Source: Thelocarpon superellum
Taxonomy: Eukaryota
Reading direction: 5' to 3'
Length of the DNA: 59,810 bases
NCBI GenBank assembly: GCA_026025795.1
Contig: JAPEUG010000067.1
Span: 1-59,810, forward strand
Shown: positions 22,773 through 34,720 of the stretch, piece by piece
Numbering within the stretch: position 1 is the first letter of the stretch
How the letters are laid out: each line of letters opens with the position of its first letter
Translations under genes and position numbers: made by a program
Notes under the pieces: generated by a model
Database searches by the model: none
Told to the model about the DNA's origin: nothing
Seen by the model: the letters and a program-made list of their open reading frames with translations, nothing else

Positions 22773-25611
22773 TTACGTCTTCTCCCCCCACTCCAGCCGC
22801 TCCGCCAACATGGTCCATCTCGTCCCGTCATCCGTCGCCGCACGTGCTACGCCGCGCAATCCCACCGTGACGAAGCCGCACAGTCTTGCAAATTGCCGCC
22901 TCATCTGCCGAAGTCGCTCGAGGGAAAGCGGCTGGTGGAGAGGACGGTGGCTCGGATCGGCCTGGTCGTCATCAGCGTCATCGGACGAGTCCGAGCCTTC
23001 CGACGACGCCCGGGCCCGTCGTGAGGGGCGGCGGTCGGGCGATGAGCGCCGGTGGGCGTGCGAGACCGAGATGGACCGATTGGACACGTCAAAGACGTGC
23101 GCCCCCGCGTGCCTGCGCTGCGTACGCGGCATATCCGACAGGAGGATGGCGAGATCCAGCAGCGAGATGACGGCATTATGGAGGGGCCCGACCGGCTTGG
23201 AAAGCAGACATTGCCGCTCGAGTCGTAGCACGTATTCTCGATGGACCTTGATCATCGAGTCCACCTCGGCGGCCGCCGCCATGGCGCGCCGCATCGCTTG
23301 TGCCGCGGCGGCAAGCACCACTTCCGTCAGATAGGTGTACAAGGTGCTGGCGAACCAGAGCAGACGATGGCGGATGGAGAAGAAGAGCGCCGCTTCCGGT
23401 CTATCTTGCGGGCCGTCGAGCAGGCGCAGCCGCTCCAGCATCGAGCGGGCGCGCCGCACCTGGAGAAGAAAGGTGAAGATGCGTTGGTACACGTCCTGCG
23501 AGGCCGCGGTGAGAATGTTCCGCATCGGCCAGGGAAGCTGTGCCTGTTAACCCTGCTCGTCTCCACCCGTCGCCCCACGCTTACCCTGTAGTCGAGCACG
23601 ATCGTCTGTAGCACCTGCACCGATCGCCGGTGCTCGCGCAGATCCCCCTGGCTTCCCGGCACCGATCGCACCGTCACCCGCTCCGCGTCGACGCATCCGA
23701 GAGAGCCGAAGATGGTCTGGAAGAGCTCCGTCGTCAAAAATCGATCATGCCACGTATCTTGGCCCCGATCGAGCTTGTCGAAGAGGACCGTCGCCATCGA
23801 TCCCGACCGGTGGCCGTCGGCAAACAGATACAGGTGCTCGAGCGCGTCCAGCGACCGCCACAGCCCACCGTCGGCACACAGCTGCTGGCGAAGCGTGGCC
23901 GACGCCGTGTGATGTTGCTTGGCGATCCACGCATCGAATGCCACGTTGAACATCTCCGCAAAGGGTGCCAAGCTCGACAGAGCATCCGTCGGGCACAGGG
24001 ACTGCAGATCCAGCGACGCTTCGGGCGCACAATAGCTCGGTGCCCGCGAGCGCGCCGCGTCGAGATGCTGGAGAAAAACGAGGCTCTTGCCGGTCGTCAC
24101 GATCTGATCCGCGGCTGCGTAGATGAAGCGTGGCGCATACAAGCGGCCGGCGTCGTCGGACCGCAGCGTAAACCACTCATGCCACAAGACGTCCCGATGG
24201 GCATCGTCCACGGCAGCAGTCTGGTGGATGAACATGCCGCAGTCACGCGGTCGAAGGACGCCCTCGCGCATCCATTGCCGGACGGGCTTGGCGTAGGTCT
24301 GAAAGCACTCGAAGAAGAGCTGGGTCATGAAGGCGAATTCGGCCTGGTCCCCCGTCGCCTGGCTGATACAGCAGCGGTCAAAGAGCCGCTCGAGCCAGTT
24401 GAAGTCCTGCAGCTGGGGCTCCACGCTGCGCTGAATTTCCAGGCCGAGCTGTGCCACGGCCCGCAACGGCCGGACCGCGGACTGGAGACGGGCGTGCACC
24501 TCCATCAGGCTGACGATGGTGTCGGGTGCTGGCGTCAGGAAGGTTTGATGCATCTCGGTCAGGGCCCGGTCGAAGTGACGCAGCCGCTTCTCCACCGCCG
24601 CCTGTACCGTTTGCATCGTTGGCGTCTGACCCGTCCTCGCTCTCGTCATCTGGCGAAGCGTCTCGATGGCGGTACCGTCGTCGGCAAACGACATGAGGAC
24701 GTGCCTCGCCGTCTCGGGTGACACATGCGCCAGCTCGTAGTCATCGTTCACCAGGATCCGGGCATCCGCGGTGCGGCGGTACAGCGACGTCGGGACGCCA
24801 GAGAGCATGAACAGCACTTCGCGGATCGCCTGGATCTCTGCCACCGCGGGCTCGCAATGAGCGTCCGGCGGTTGCCTCCAGAACTGCGCGGTCTGGAGGT
24901 CCGCGAGCGAAAGCTCGTTATCAGAGATGGTGCAAGCCTCGGCTCGGGTCATGGCGTCGTCATCGACCGAGACCGGGTGACCGTCAGGGGCGAGGCTTGC
25001 ATCGTCCAGGCCGCTCAGAACTGACCCCTCCTCGTCGGACGAGTCGGCGGCATGGTCGATGTTGTCCCAGACGCCCGGTTCAGTCAAGGGATCATCCGCG
25101 ACGATCTGGTCCCAAGTCAAGGACGGCGAGTTGCTGGCTCGCCGCACGGCCTGCACCTCCCCCAGGGTCGACTTGGCCGCCGGCTGGTCTGACAGCTGGA
25201 GCAACAAGGCCAGGATCTCCGGGGTCCATTTCGACGCCACCCTAGACAGCTCGTCCCGGCGTGCACGGAGGGCCGTGGCCAGATCATCTCGGTTGAGAAT
25301 GTGCAGCTTCTCCTCGAGCCCGTCCAATTGGTCGGCGATATCGAAGTGATTGGTGCGGCCGTAGGGGTGATGATTCAATTTCTGGACGGCCGACTCCTTG
25401 AGCGAGGCAAGATGGCGGCCATGACGCTGGCAGTGGTTAGCCCGAGACCACTCCAGTACAGTGTGGGGTGTGAGTCTCCCATTGTCCAGACATCTGGGCA
25501 TTGTAAAGTGCGAGTTCCCGGACTTGAAGACCAACTTACCTTGTCGAGGTTCCCCACAATTTGCTCTACGAGAGCATCGATCAGGATGCCAGTTCTGGCG
25601 GTGTGAGACAT
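22773..25611 (-). CDS. Gamma-tubulin complex component, Spc97/Spc98 family (GCP5-like)
   Basis: ORFs 23327-25651 and 22773-23525 are joined by intron 23538-23584 (DYR|LPWPMRNI). Motifs RTNHFDIADQLDGLEEK, WTPEILALLLQLSDQP, IREVLFMLSG and YQRIFTFLLQVRRA. Probable exon 1 MSHTART... (25540-25611) with an intron at ~25427-25539. Confidence 0.85.
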
Positions 25612-26082
25612 GCCTCTGGACTGGTCGGGCCCGCATACCACTCGTCGCCATTGTCAGCTGCTAGCTGTAGTATCAGTTGGCAGTTGACCTTGCGTGCCAG
25701 CACCCATCCAGGCCGCGGTGGGGGACGTGACGGGAGTTCCCCGGTTCGCGTGTTGACCACGGTTGCGGCCAGCGGCCAGTCGCGCATAAAGTTGCCGGAC
25801 GCCAATCGCGCAGTAGAGCCCGTGAGCCAAGAAGGTCGGTTCAGTCGTCGTCAGCCCGGCACCTGAACTCTGTCCGCCGGCCGAACGATGTAGTAATCGC
25901 CAAAAAATCATAGATGCCAGAATTTCCCATTACCCCTTAGGGCCTACAGCACTCTCCCTCTTGCTTCTCCTCTTTCTCTTCCTCTTCCAATTCCTCTCCA
26001 TGTGATCACACTGCCTCTCAGACCATAACGGCGCGCGTCTGGTCATGACCGTGGGTGGCTCGTGGAGCACAGGGTCGTCATC

Positions 26083-27490
26083 ATGGCCGTCCCCAGATCC
26101 ATTCGCATCCTCGGCGTCCTCTCCGTCGGCCTCTTCCTCTACCTCCTGACCCTCATCTTCCGCGCCCCGGCCCTGGTAACTCGGCCAGCCACGACGGGCC
26201 GGTTACAGGAAATGACGCGAGATCCCAACTTAGACCGTGCGTGTCGCTCGTCTGGTCTCGTCCGGCAGCGTGTCGTGACCAGCGCTGACGATGCATCATA
26301 GTGACGGGCGAACCTGAGGGGCCCTTGTATCGATCGGACGAATACGCGGCCAACAACCCCAATGCGCCGCGGATCAATGCCACGCTGCTCGCGCTGGTGC
26401 GCAATGAAGAGCTTGATGGCATGCTGCAGTCCATGACGGAGTTGGAGAAGACGTGGAACCACAAATTCAATTACCCCTGGACTTTCTTCAACGACGTCGA
26501 ATTCTCCGCCGAGTTCAAGCGACGCACCCAGGCCGCCACCAACGCGGTCTGCAACTATCGTACGTCTCCTCCTTTGCCTTGCCCTGTCCGTCCCCCTTCG
26601 CCTTTCCTCCGCTGATCACCAGCGCGCTAGATGTGATCCCGCGCGAGCACTGGGACTTCCCCAGCTGGATCAACAAGGACCTGTACGAGGAGTCGGCGCA
26701 GCTGCTCAAGGAGCAGGATGTGCAGTACTGGGACAATCCCTCCTACCACCAGATGTGCCGGTGGAACAGCGGCATGTTCTACCGCCACCCGGCGCTCAAG
26801 AACGTCCGGTGGTACTGGCGAGTGGAGCCCAAGGTGCACTTCTTCTGCGACGTCGACTACGACGTCTTCCGGTGGATGGAGGACCACAACAAGACCTACG
26901 GCTTCACCATCAACATCTACGACAGCCCGCCCAGCATTCCCACGCTGTGGCCCGAGACGGAGAAATTCCTGGCCTCCCACCCGGAATACCTGCACCCCAA
27001 CAACGCGATGGACTGGCTGACCGACGCCTCGCGGCCTGATCATCACGCCCAGGCGCACGGCTACTCGACCTGCCACTTCTGGAGCAACTTCGAGATTGGC
27101 GACATGGACTTCTGGCGCGGCCAGGCGTACGAGGATTACTTCAATCATCTCGACCGCGCCGGGGGCTTCTTCTACGAGCGCTGGGGCGACGCGCCCGTGC
27201 ATAGCATCGCCTTGGGCTTGTTCGCAGACGCCAGCAAGATTCACTGGTAGGAGAAGTTTCCACGCTCTGGCACCCCCTCCCATCCTCCATCCCAGTGTGC
27301 CGTGGCTGATCTCGCCGCCCTTGGCTGGCACAGGTTCCGCGACATCGGCTACAACCACATCCCCTTCATCAACTGCCCCAACTCGCCCAAATGCCGCGGC
27401 TGCACCGCCGGCAAGTCGTACGACGGCGAGGCCTTTCTGCAGAAGGAGGACTGTCGCGCCACATACTTCCGCATCATCGGCACCGGCTGA
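26083..27490 (+). CDS. Glycosyltransferase family 15 (KRE2/KTR-type alpha-1,2-mannosyltransferase)
   Basis: Type II N-terminal anchor. Motifs NATLLALVRNEEL, SYHQMCRWNSG, YWRVEP, CHFWSNFEI, GGFFYERWGDAPVHSI. Introns 26237-26301, 26560-26630, 27247-27333. Confidence 0.93.
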
Positions 27491-28089
27491 GCCGCAAACC
27501 TTTGAAGCCGTTGTGCATCTCCTCTTGTTACCTGTCCTATCGGCGCTCGAGCTTTTCACTTGTTCGTGTCCTTGTTCATTTCCATCTTTTGGTGGGAAGC
27601 ATGGAATCCCTGACGGCCATGCCGTGATGTATTCTACCGCTGTCGTTACCTCTCTTCCCCTCTCCCGATATCTGGCGATGTAGACAGCGGGCAAGGTCGA
27701 CGGGTAATTGTATCGCAGCGTTTGTGTATTGTCAAGGATCTATGAGAGAGCCCACAATGGGCTAATGCAGGCTCGTCCTGGCAATGGGAGGGAACACATC
27801 GAATCCAGCAGGAGTGGGATCGGATCGGAACCTCGTAGGCTTGGTCCAAATTGACTCGCGCTCGATAGTCGACAGTATCGGCGAGGTGAAGTTGGTGTTG
27901 GTATTGGTGTTGATGGTGGTACACGACCTGTTCTTTTCTCTTCCCCATGCTTCCACCCAACGTCTATCACAGAATCACACAGGCTCTCTCTCCCCCCCGC
28001 TCTCTCTCTCTCACCCTTCGCCGGGAATATGTCGCTTCTACTCGCTTTGCTGCACTCCATCCATCCCGTCCGTCCCCACTGTATTCATT

Positions 28090-28732
28090 TCAAGATTGTT
28101 CCGGGTAGAGATCCTCTTTCAAAATGACGCCCAATTCCTCCCGTAGGTCTTTGAGGTCCCGCACATATTCGTCATATTGGCCTTTGTTCTCGACCTTGGC
28201 TTTGATACCTAGACGCAGTCAGGATCGAAGAGATGGAGGGACACGGCCGGAGATGAAAATTCGCTCGCACCTTCGAAAATCCGCACCGCGGTCGGGAAGT
28301 CGTTCACTCGTCTCGCGGCTCGTAGTGCAGCAGTGATGACCGAGGGTGAGGGAACCAGGTCGTACGCAAAAGCGTTGTTCAGGTTGCGCTGCAATTCAAA
28401 GACGTCCTGAACGCCATCGAATTCTTTCTCGTATCTGCTCGTCACAAGGTTCGGTGGTCAGCCGGTCATGCTCAGATCGACCCGACCGAGGGCGGAGGAT
28501 GCCATTGAGAGGCCACGCACCTCGCACTGAATTCCTCAAAGCTCTCCTCGTGATGAGCGTCGTGGTCGCTCCGCCGCCTGACGCCGGTGCTGAAGCTGCC
28601 GCATCCGCCAAGGGCGAGGACGGATCCTGAGGCCGACGACGCGAGCGGGAAGCGTCGCAGCACGTATGACGACCGGAAGAAGGGGGTCGAGGCGGGCCGC
28701 ACGGCCAGGCGGAGCATCGACGTGGACGACAT
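28090..28732 (-). CDS. COX6: Cytochrome c oxidase subunit Va (yeast Cox6 orthologue), mitochondrial precursor
   Basis: Arg/Ser-rich presequence, then HEESFEEFSAR|YEKEFDGVQDVFELQRNLNNAFAYDLVPSP...ALRAARRVNDFPTAVRIFEG|IKAKVEN. Exons 28521-28732, 28271-28434, 28090-28208. Confidence 0.94.
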
Positions 28733-29908
28733 GGGGGAATGCCGCGATGGCCAATGGACAAAGGATTGGGATCGGAGCTGGGATGAACACAGCGACGGTG
28801 ATGATGGTGGTCGCGGTCGTGTTCGGTACGTACTCGTCTTCTGCCGGCCACCTCAGTAGGACTGTTACTGATTGCTTCTCTGGTTCTCTGGTACGAGGGA
28901 TTGTGTGGCACGACAGACGAGGCCGGCTAGTCCGCTTGTGGTCAGATTCAGGATGCTACTGCGCCGGGCTGGGCAACTTCTCGGTCGCGGACGACTGGCC
29001 ACTCGCTGCGGTGCGTGCCTCTCCCTACTCGTACTCGTATCGTAGAGGTCTTTGCAGTCGCGAGCCAACGGGCACGAGTACGCGTCTGAGTGGGAACCAG
29101 GCCGACCGCTGCTCGCTCACGCCGCACCACTGCCTTTACTACCATGATCCGACCGTGGGTAAGGAGTACAGTCGGTCCACGATCCTTCACGCACTGCCTG
29201 CTGCCCTGATGCCACCACATGTTCGGAAAACGTAGAGGATCCAATGGTGCATGAATATTGGGCGGTGGTTGTAAACGAGGGTTGCGCTTCAATCAATCGA
29301 TACGAATTAATCCGATGTGCAGACGCACAACCGCGGCGTCCGCCCATCCCGTGGGCCGCAGTCGTAGACAGCGTGTGTGAGCCGGGATGAATGGCCAGTG
29401 AAGTGCTGGCGCTGCCCGTTTGCCCGTTTGCCCGTTTGCCATTTGCCCGGCCCTGGACTTCCCTCTGGCGGGCTCCACTGGCGGGCGAGACCGGCCCAGC
29501 CCGAGCTCCCTCGGCACAGATTTTAGTTGACTTTGTTACGACGGACGGATTACTGAGAGCAAAGATTCCACGCCGACCGCCCGACCAACCCGCCAGGCCC
29601 CTTTCTCACCATCGCCCGTCCGTTTTGGTCGCTCGAGCTTTTTTCCTGGCCTCGGTGAGAATTCGCAGCGGACGACCACGTCGCTCGTCCGCCATCCACC
29701 ACGCTGACGGTGCGCGTGTATAGCGTGTGCAATCCCTCGGGGCCCGTCGCCATCCATCTTCCCTTCGTCCGCTCCTTTTTCCGCGATCGCCTTTTAGTCG
29801 GCCCGTCGACGCGACGCCTCGCCTTTCCCGCGGTGCTGGATTTTGCGACCGTCGCGTCGCCGCCGCAGCGTCGCCTCGCGCCCCCTCGACTGCACCGCTC
29901 GCCGCGCC

Positions 29909-31177
29909 ATGTCCGTCACCATGCTCGACGACGTTTGGTCGTCGGCCTCCGCGCCCACGCTCGATCAGCCCTTTGGCGTCCGACTCTGGCCCATCTTCGA
30001 CACTGTCTTCACCAAGGTCATGGGCTTCCACCCGCAAGACTTCCGCTTTGTGCAAGGACAGACGCCCATTTCGACCCTGGCCGCCAGCGTGACGGCCTGC
30101 CTCCTCTACTACGGCATCATCCTGGGCGGGCGCGAGCTGATGCGCGATCGCAAGCCCTTGCGACTCAATGGCCTCTTCATCCTGCACAATTTCATCTTAA
30201 CCTCCATCAGCTTCATCCTGCTCGTCCTCTTCCTCGAGCAGCTCATCCCGACCGTGGTGCGCCACGGCATCTTCTATGCCATCTGCGACCGGCAGGGCGG
30301 CTGGACCAAAGAATTGGTCATGTTGTATTATGTGCGGCCCCCCCGGCGGACGAGGAGGGCGAGGAAGCTTGGCGAGAGACATGGGACATGGCTGACGGGC
30401 GTAGTTGAACTATCTCACCAAATACTTGGAATTCGTCGACACGGGTTTCTTGGTGCTGAAGAAGAAGCCGCTGAGTGAGTGGCGCCCGTCGGAGGTGGGG
30501 CGGGGGGCGTGCGGCCGCGACTGACGTGCACACCAGCCTTTCTGCACTGCTACCATCACGGGGCCACGGCGATGCTGTGTTACACGCAGCTCATCGGTCT
30601 GACCTCGGTATCGTGGGTGCCCATCACCCTGAACCTGCTGGTGCATGTGGTCATGTACTGGTACTACTTCCAAAATGCCCGCGGCATCCGCATCTGGTGG
30701 AAGGAGTGGATCACGCGCCTGCAGATCGCCCAATTCGTGATTGACTTGGGTGCGTTCGCCTCCCCTCTCTCCGCACGCCCGGTGTGTGGGCCGACGGCTG
30801 ATGGCGCTGCAGTCTTCGTCTACTTTGCCTCGTACACCTACTTCACCTCGACCTACTTCCCCTGGCTGCCCAACGCCGGCAGCTGTGCGGGCGAGGAGTT
30901 TGCCGCGTTTGCCGGCATTGGCATCTTGAGCTCCTACCTCCTTCTCTTCATCTCCTTCTACATCGCCACCTACAAGAAGGCCGACAAGGGCGTCCCGGGC
31001 ACGGCCAAGAAGGCAGCCAAGGACCTAAAGAACACCCAGGTGCCGACGCTCGGCGACACGGCCGAGATGGCGAGCAATGGCCATGCCATGAACGGCGCCA
31101 CCGCGTCTGCCAAGGCCAATGGTTACGGCCCCGGCCACAGCAACGGCGGACCGACGACACGATCGCGCAAGGCATAG
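29909..31177 (+). CDS. Fatty acid elongase, GNS1/SUR4 (ELO) family
   Basis: Motifs [24 protein letters not shown] (HxxHH), [32 protein letters not shown]. Introns 30332-30404, 30475-30536, 30750-30812. Confidence 0.94.
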
Positions 31178-31853
31178 CGGCGATTGTGCAAGCCGTAGCA
31201 GAACGAGCGTCGCTGACCTCTACCCACCACAACCCCGACAACCACGCATACGCGAGCTCAAGCTCACAAGAGCGCCCCGAGTGTTCCTTCCCTTCTTGTA
31301 CACTCTTCCCTTGTACCGGTGCTCCAGGTGCTCTCCTATTCTTAATGGATGTTCCTTCCACATGAAACGAGGATCTGGCGTTCGCTCTCCCATCGCAATA
31401 GACAATGAGATTCGGTGGTGCAACGGAGCGTCTCGCTTCCTCGTGGTGACCACGTGAGCGTCATGTGTCGTCTTTGGCGGTCGGAATGACCGGGTTGACC
31501 TTTGTGGATCTGAAGTATCGTATTTCTTCTCCATCTTTCTTGTCAATCGGTCGCAGCCGTTGCGTAGATTGGCGGGTGGATCGGAGCTTCCAGACACTAG
31601 CTCGGCGCGGAGGCCATCGACGAGAGCATCATGCATTCGTGCAGTCTGGATGAGCGAGGTCACCGAGGGTGCAGCGACTCGGGTGTCTTGGCGCGGCGAG
31701 CCATGGGAGCAGGCGAAGAGCCTAAATGAGGCCTGCGGCTCGCCATTGGTGGGTGGACCAGGCCCATGTCGAATCGGCATGAACGCTTTCCAGTCGATCG
31801 GCGTCGGCCATGTCGCGGCGTCGGATGGCGCCGCAACGTTTCGTCTCGCCGGC

Positions 31854-31907
31854 CAGGTGCGAGGTGCGGTGCGAGGTGCGAGGTGCGAGGTGCGAGGTGC
31901 GAGGTGC
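31854..31907 (+). repeat. Heptamer tandem repeat (GAGGTGC)n, about 7 units with one interruption
   Basis: Directly visible in intergenic DNA. Confidence 0.85.
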
Positions 31908-32771
31908 GTGTTGCCCTGCAGGCGAGGGCGACGAATCCTGGCGAGATCGCCGGCGCCTGGTCACGTCTCGTCTCGTCGCGCGTCGTTTCACGGGCGCAGC
32001 CAGTCAGCGAGCCCGAGGGCGGAATCCAGGTAAATCCAGGTAGATTTGAATTTAGGTAGATTGATCAATCTCACGACGCCTAACCACTTGCATGTGCCCC
32101 CGTGCGATCGATCTGTTCCTCCATCGCCATCACGCCCGCCCTCCGTCTCACACGACCGATCCGGGAGTGAGACCGTCGACCGGCAGACATGGCGGATCCT
32201 CGGGCTAAGGTCATGTCTCTGCGCCCCCATTCGCTACGGCGAGCGCCGCGCCCTCGGATCGCTCCCGGGGGTTTCGTCGTGCTCTCGCCGGGTCCCCGAG
32301 GCAGAGGCAGAGGCAATTCCCGGGGGCCTGTCAGCGCTTTCCAATGCCTCATGCTTCATCGCCGACCGCACCGCACGGGCGCGCTCGGCATTGATCTGTC
32401 GGAGAATGACCGCCGTCGATTGACCTGGACCAGGCGTGACTGGCGTGGGCACGTATAAGTGGTCAGGCTCTCTCCTCCCACTGTCTCTTCCGCTCTTGCT
32501 CGTCGTGTGATCCCCATGACGTGGTGGATGTCAGGGTAGAACTTTGTCCTACCAGTCTTCCCATCACGGCATCTCATTCGTTCGCCGTCCCTCTTTCCCA
32601 TCGGGGCTTCCGATGGGTCGTCGGTATATTTGCGCCACGGCTCTTCTTCCTTCGCTCCCGTCCGACGCCTCGCCTGCTTCCCTCTTCTCCCTTCCTTTTT
32701 CCCTCTCTCTCTCTCTCTCCTCTCCTCTCTGAACCTCCGTCCTTCCGGAGCTTGAGACGACAACGCCCACG

Positions 32772-34331
32772 ATGCCACTCCTTCCCAAGAGCGCGTCGCC
32801 CATCACCGCGATCAACACCAACGCTGTCGCAGGCTGGCTGTCCAATGGACCGATGACGGCGAGTGGCGAGGCGCCCAAGACGCTCCAACTGCCGACCAAG
32901 GCGACGACCTGGCCACAACGGGAGGGTTCGAACGAAGCGCCCCCGTCCCTGCGCTCGACGGAGGAGCGCTACTTGTCCGACGAGGATGGTGCGTCAAGCG
33001 CGGATGGATCGACCTGTGGATCGGTGGATGAATCCCAATCCAATCCTCATCGCCACCGCCATCGCCGTCGCCGCGTGAATGATGTGTCCCGTGACGAGAT
33101 CGAGGCGGCCGTGATCGAGTCCGTGTCCAAGATCTTGCGCTTCCACAAACCCACGCAGAGACCGAAGATGATCAACCTCACGCGGGTCCTCCCACCCTCG
33201 CTCCGCATCGGATATCATCCGGCGACGGGCAAGCAGATGACCCGTGCCAACCGTCCATCGTCCTGCATCCTCGTCGACCGTCGCTCTTCTCCCGTCCTGC
33301 TCTCGGAGCAATTCAGTCCTCGACACAGCAGTTATGAGCCGGGCACGCCTACTACGCCTCGGATGCTCGGTCCGCTGTTGTCGTTGTCATCTCCATCCTC
33401 CTCTGCTGCGGCTCCCACATCTGCTCCTGCCCCGCCCATGAGCAGCACCACCCCGGCAACGACCACCAAGACAACCGTCCTAGTCATCTCGCGGCCCCCA
33501 AGTCGTCTCGTTCGAAAATCCTCGGTCCCTTCGCCTCGAACGCCTCGGTCTCTCCATGCATCGTACGCTTCAAATGCGTCTATCTCGAGCTTCGGCCCCT
33601 CTCCACGCGCTCCCTTGACCTCGAAAATCACCCCGCCATCCAAAAGCTCACACGCCTGGCCTCTCCCTTCGCCCTCGCCTACCTCGTCATCTTCTTCGAC
33701 GTCTGTCTCACCCACCCAATCGCCTCTTTCCACAAGTCCCCCCCCAACACGCTCCATTTCTACCACCGCCGCCGCCAAGACCAGCACCACCTCAAACTAT
33801 CATGCCCCCTCGCAATCCTCCTTTTCCTTCTCATCGTCCTCCACGTCCGCCTCCACGCCCTCCTCTTTCTCCTCCTCTTCGTCCTACCCTCACCCTTCTC
33901 CTCCCCGTTCTTACTCCATTCACAAGAACCCCTCCCGTTTCGTCGCCGTACCGTCCATACCGCGATCCCACCCCTCCTCTGCCCGAACTCCAGCGCCGCC
34001 ACTTCGACCAATGGCAGTCGCGACGAAAGGACAACCGACGTCTGTCACGCCACTACCCGGAATGGCGGCTCCCGTGACTGGAGGGGAGGGGATAGGAAGA
34101 CCATTCAGGAGGTTCGGACACGGACGACCGCGTAGACCGACAACCGCGACATCGACGACCCCAGCCGCGACGAAGCAAACGCAGATGCAGGTACAGGGAC
34201 AGGTACAAGTGCAGTATTATCGCGGCGTGCCTTCTTCTTCTTCTTCTTCTTCTTCTGCTTCTCGTCATCATCCTCATTCTCACAACATCCCTGCTCGAGA
34301 TGTCTCCGTCCACACGGGGGGTTACATTTGA
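32772..34331 (+). CDS. Hypothetical Ser/Pro/Thr-rich, probably disordered protein
   Basis: 519-aa ORF preceded by TATAAG (~32454) and a long pyrimidine-rich leader, and followed by AT-rich 3' sequence. No recognisable domain. Contains a (TCT)n tract near 34232-34255. Confidence 0.6.
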   Translation: MPLLPKSASPITAINTNAVAGWLSNGPMTASGEAPKTLQLPTKATTWPQREGSNEAPPSLRSTEERYLSDEDGASSADGSTCGSVDESQSNPHRHRHRRRRVNDVSRDEIEAAVIESVSKILRFHKPTQRPKMINLTRVLPPSLRIGYHPATGKQMTRANRPSSCILVDRRSSPVLLSEQFSPRHSSYEPGTPTTPRMLGPLLSLSSPSSSAAAPTSAPAPPMSSTTPATTTKTTVLVISRPPSRLVRKSSVPSPRTPRSLHASYASNASISSFGPSPRAPLTSKITPPSKSSHAWPLPSPSPTSSSSSTSVSPTQSPLSTSPPPTRSISTTAAAKTSTTSNYHAPSQSSFSFSSSSTSASTPSSFSSSSSYPHPSPPRSYSIHKNPSRFVAVPSIPRSHPSSARTPAPPLRPMAVATKGQPTSVTPLPGMAAPVTGGEGIGRPFRRFGHGRPRRPTTATSTTPAATKQTQMQVQGQVQVQYYRGVPSSSSSSSSASRHHPHSHNIPARDVSVHTGGYI

Positions 34332-34720
34332 GACTGAGACTGAGTGATTACTTTTCCCTCTTGTTTGGGTTCCTCTTCCTTCCTGGAGAAAGCATGCTAG
34401 TGAAAGCCCAACTTCAAATTCAAATCACTCAATTAGAATAATTCATATACAATCACAAGTCTATCAGACGTGGAAAAAAGAAGGGATATAGCAGGAATTA
34501 AATAATCGGATTTAATTCCTTCGCCGGACTTTCTTTTTTTCGGTGGAAGCACGACTTCCACTATAAAGTGAGTGGATGAATTCCGACTCGGGATTCCCCC
34601 TCTTGGTCTCTCTTGATCAATCGCTACTACCGTGAGCTCTTTCCCTACCGCCCACCCTCTCTGTCTCTCTTACAGCCTCAATCTGAACCTGAAGCACCAC
34701 CACCTCCGCGCTCAGCCACA

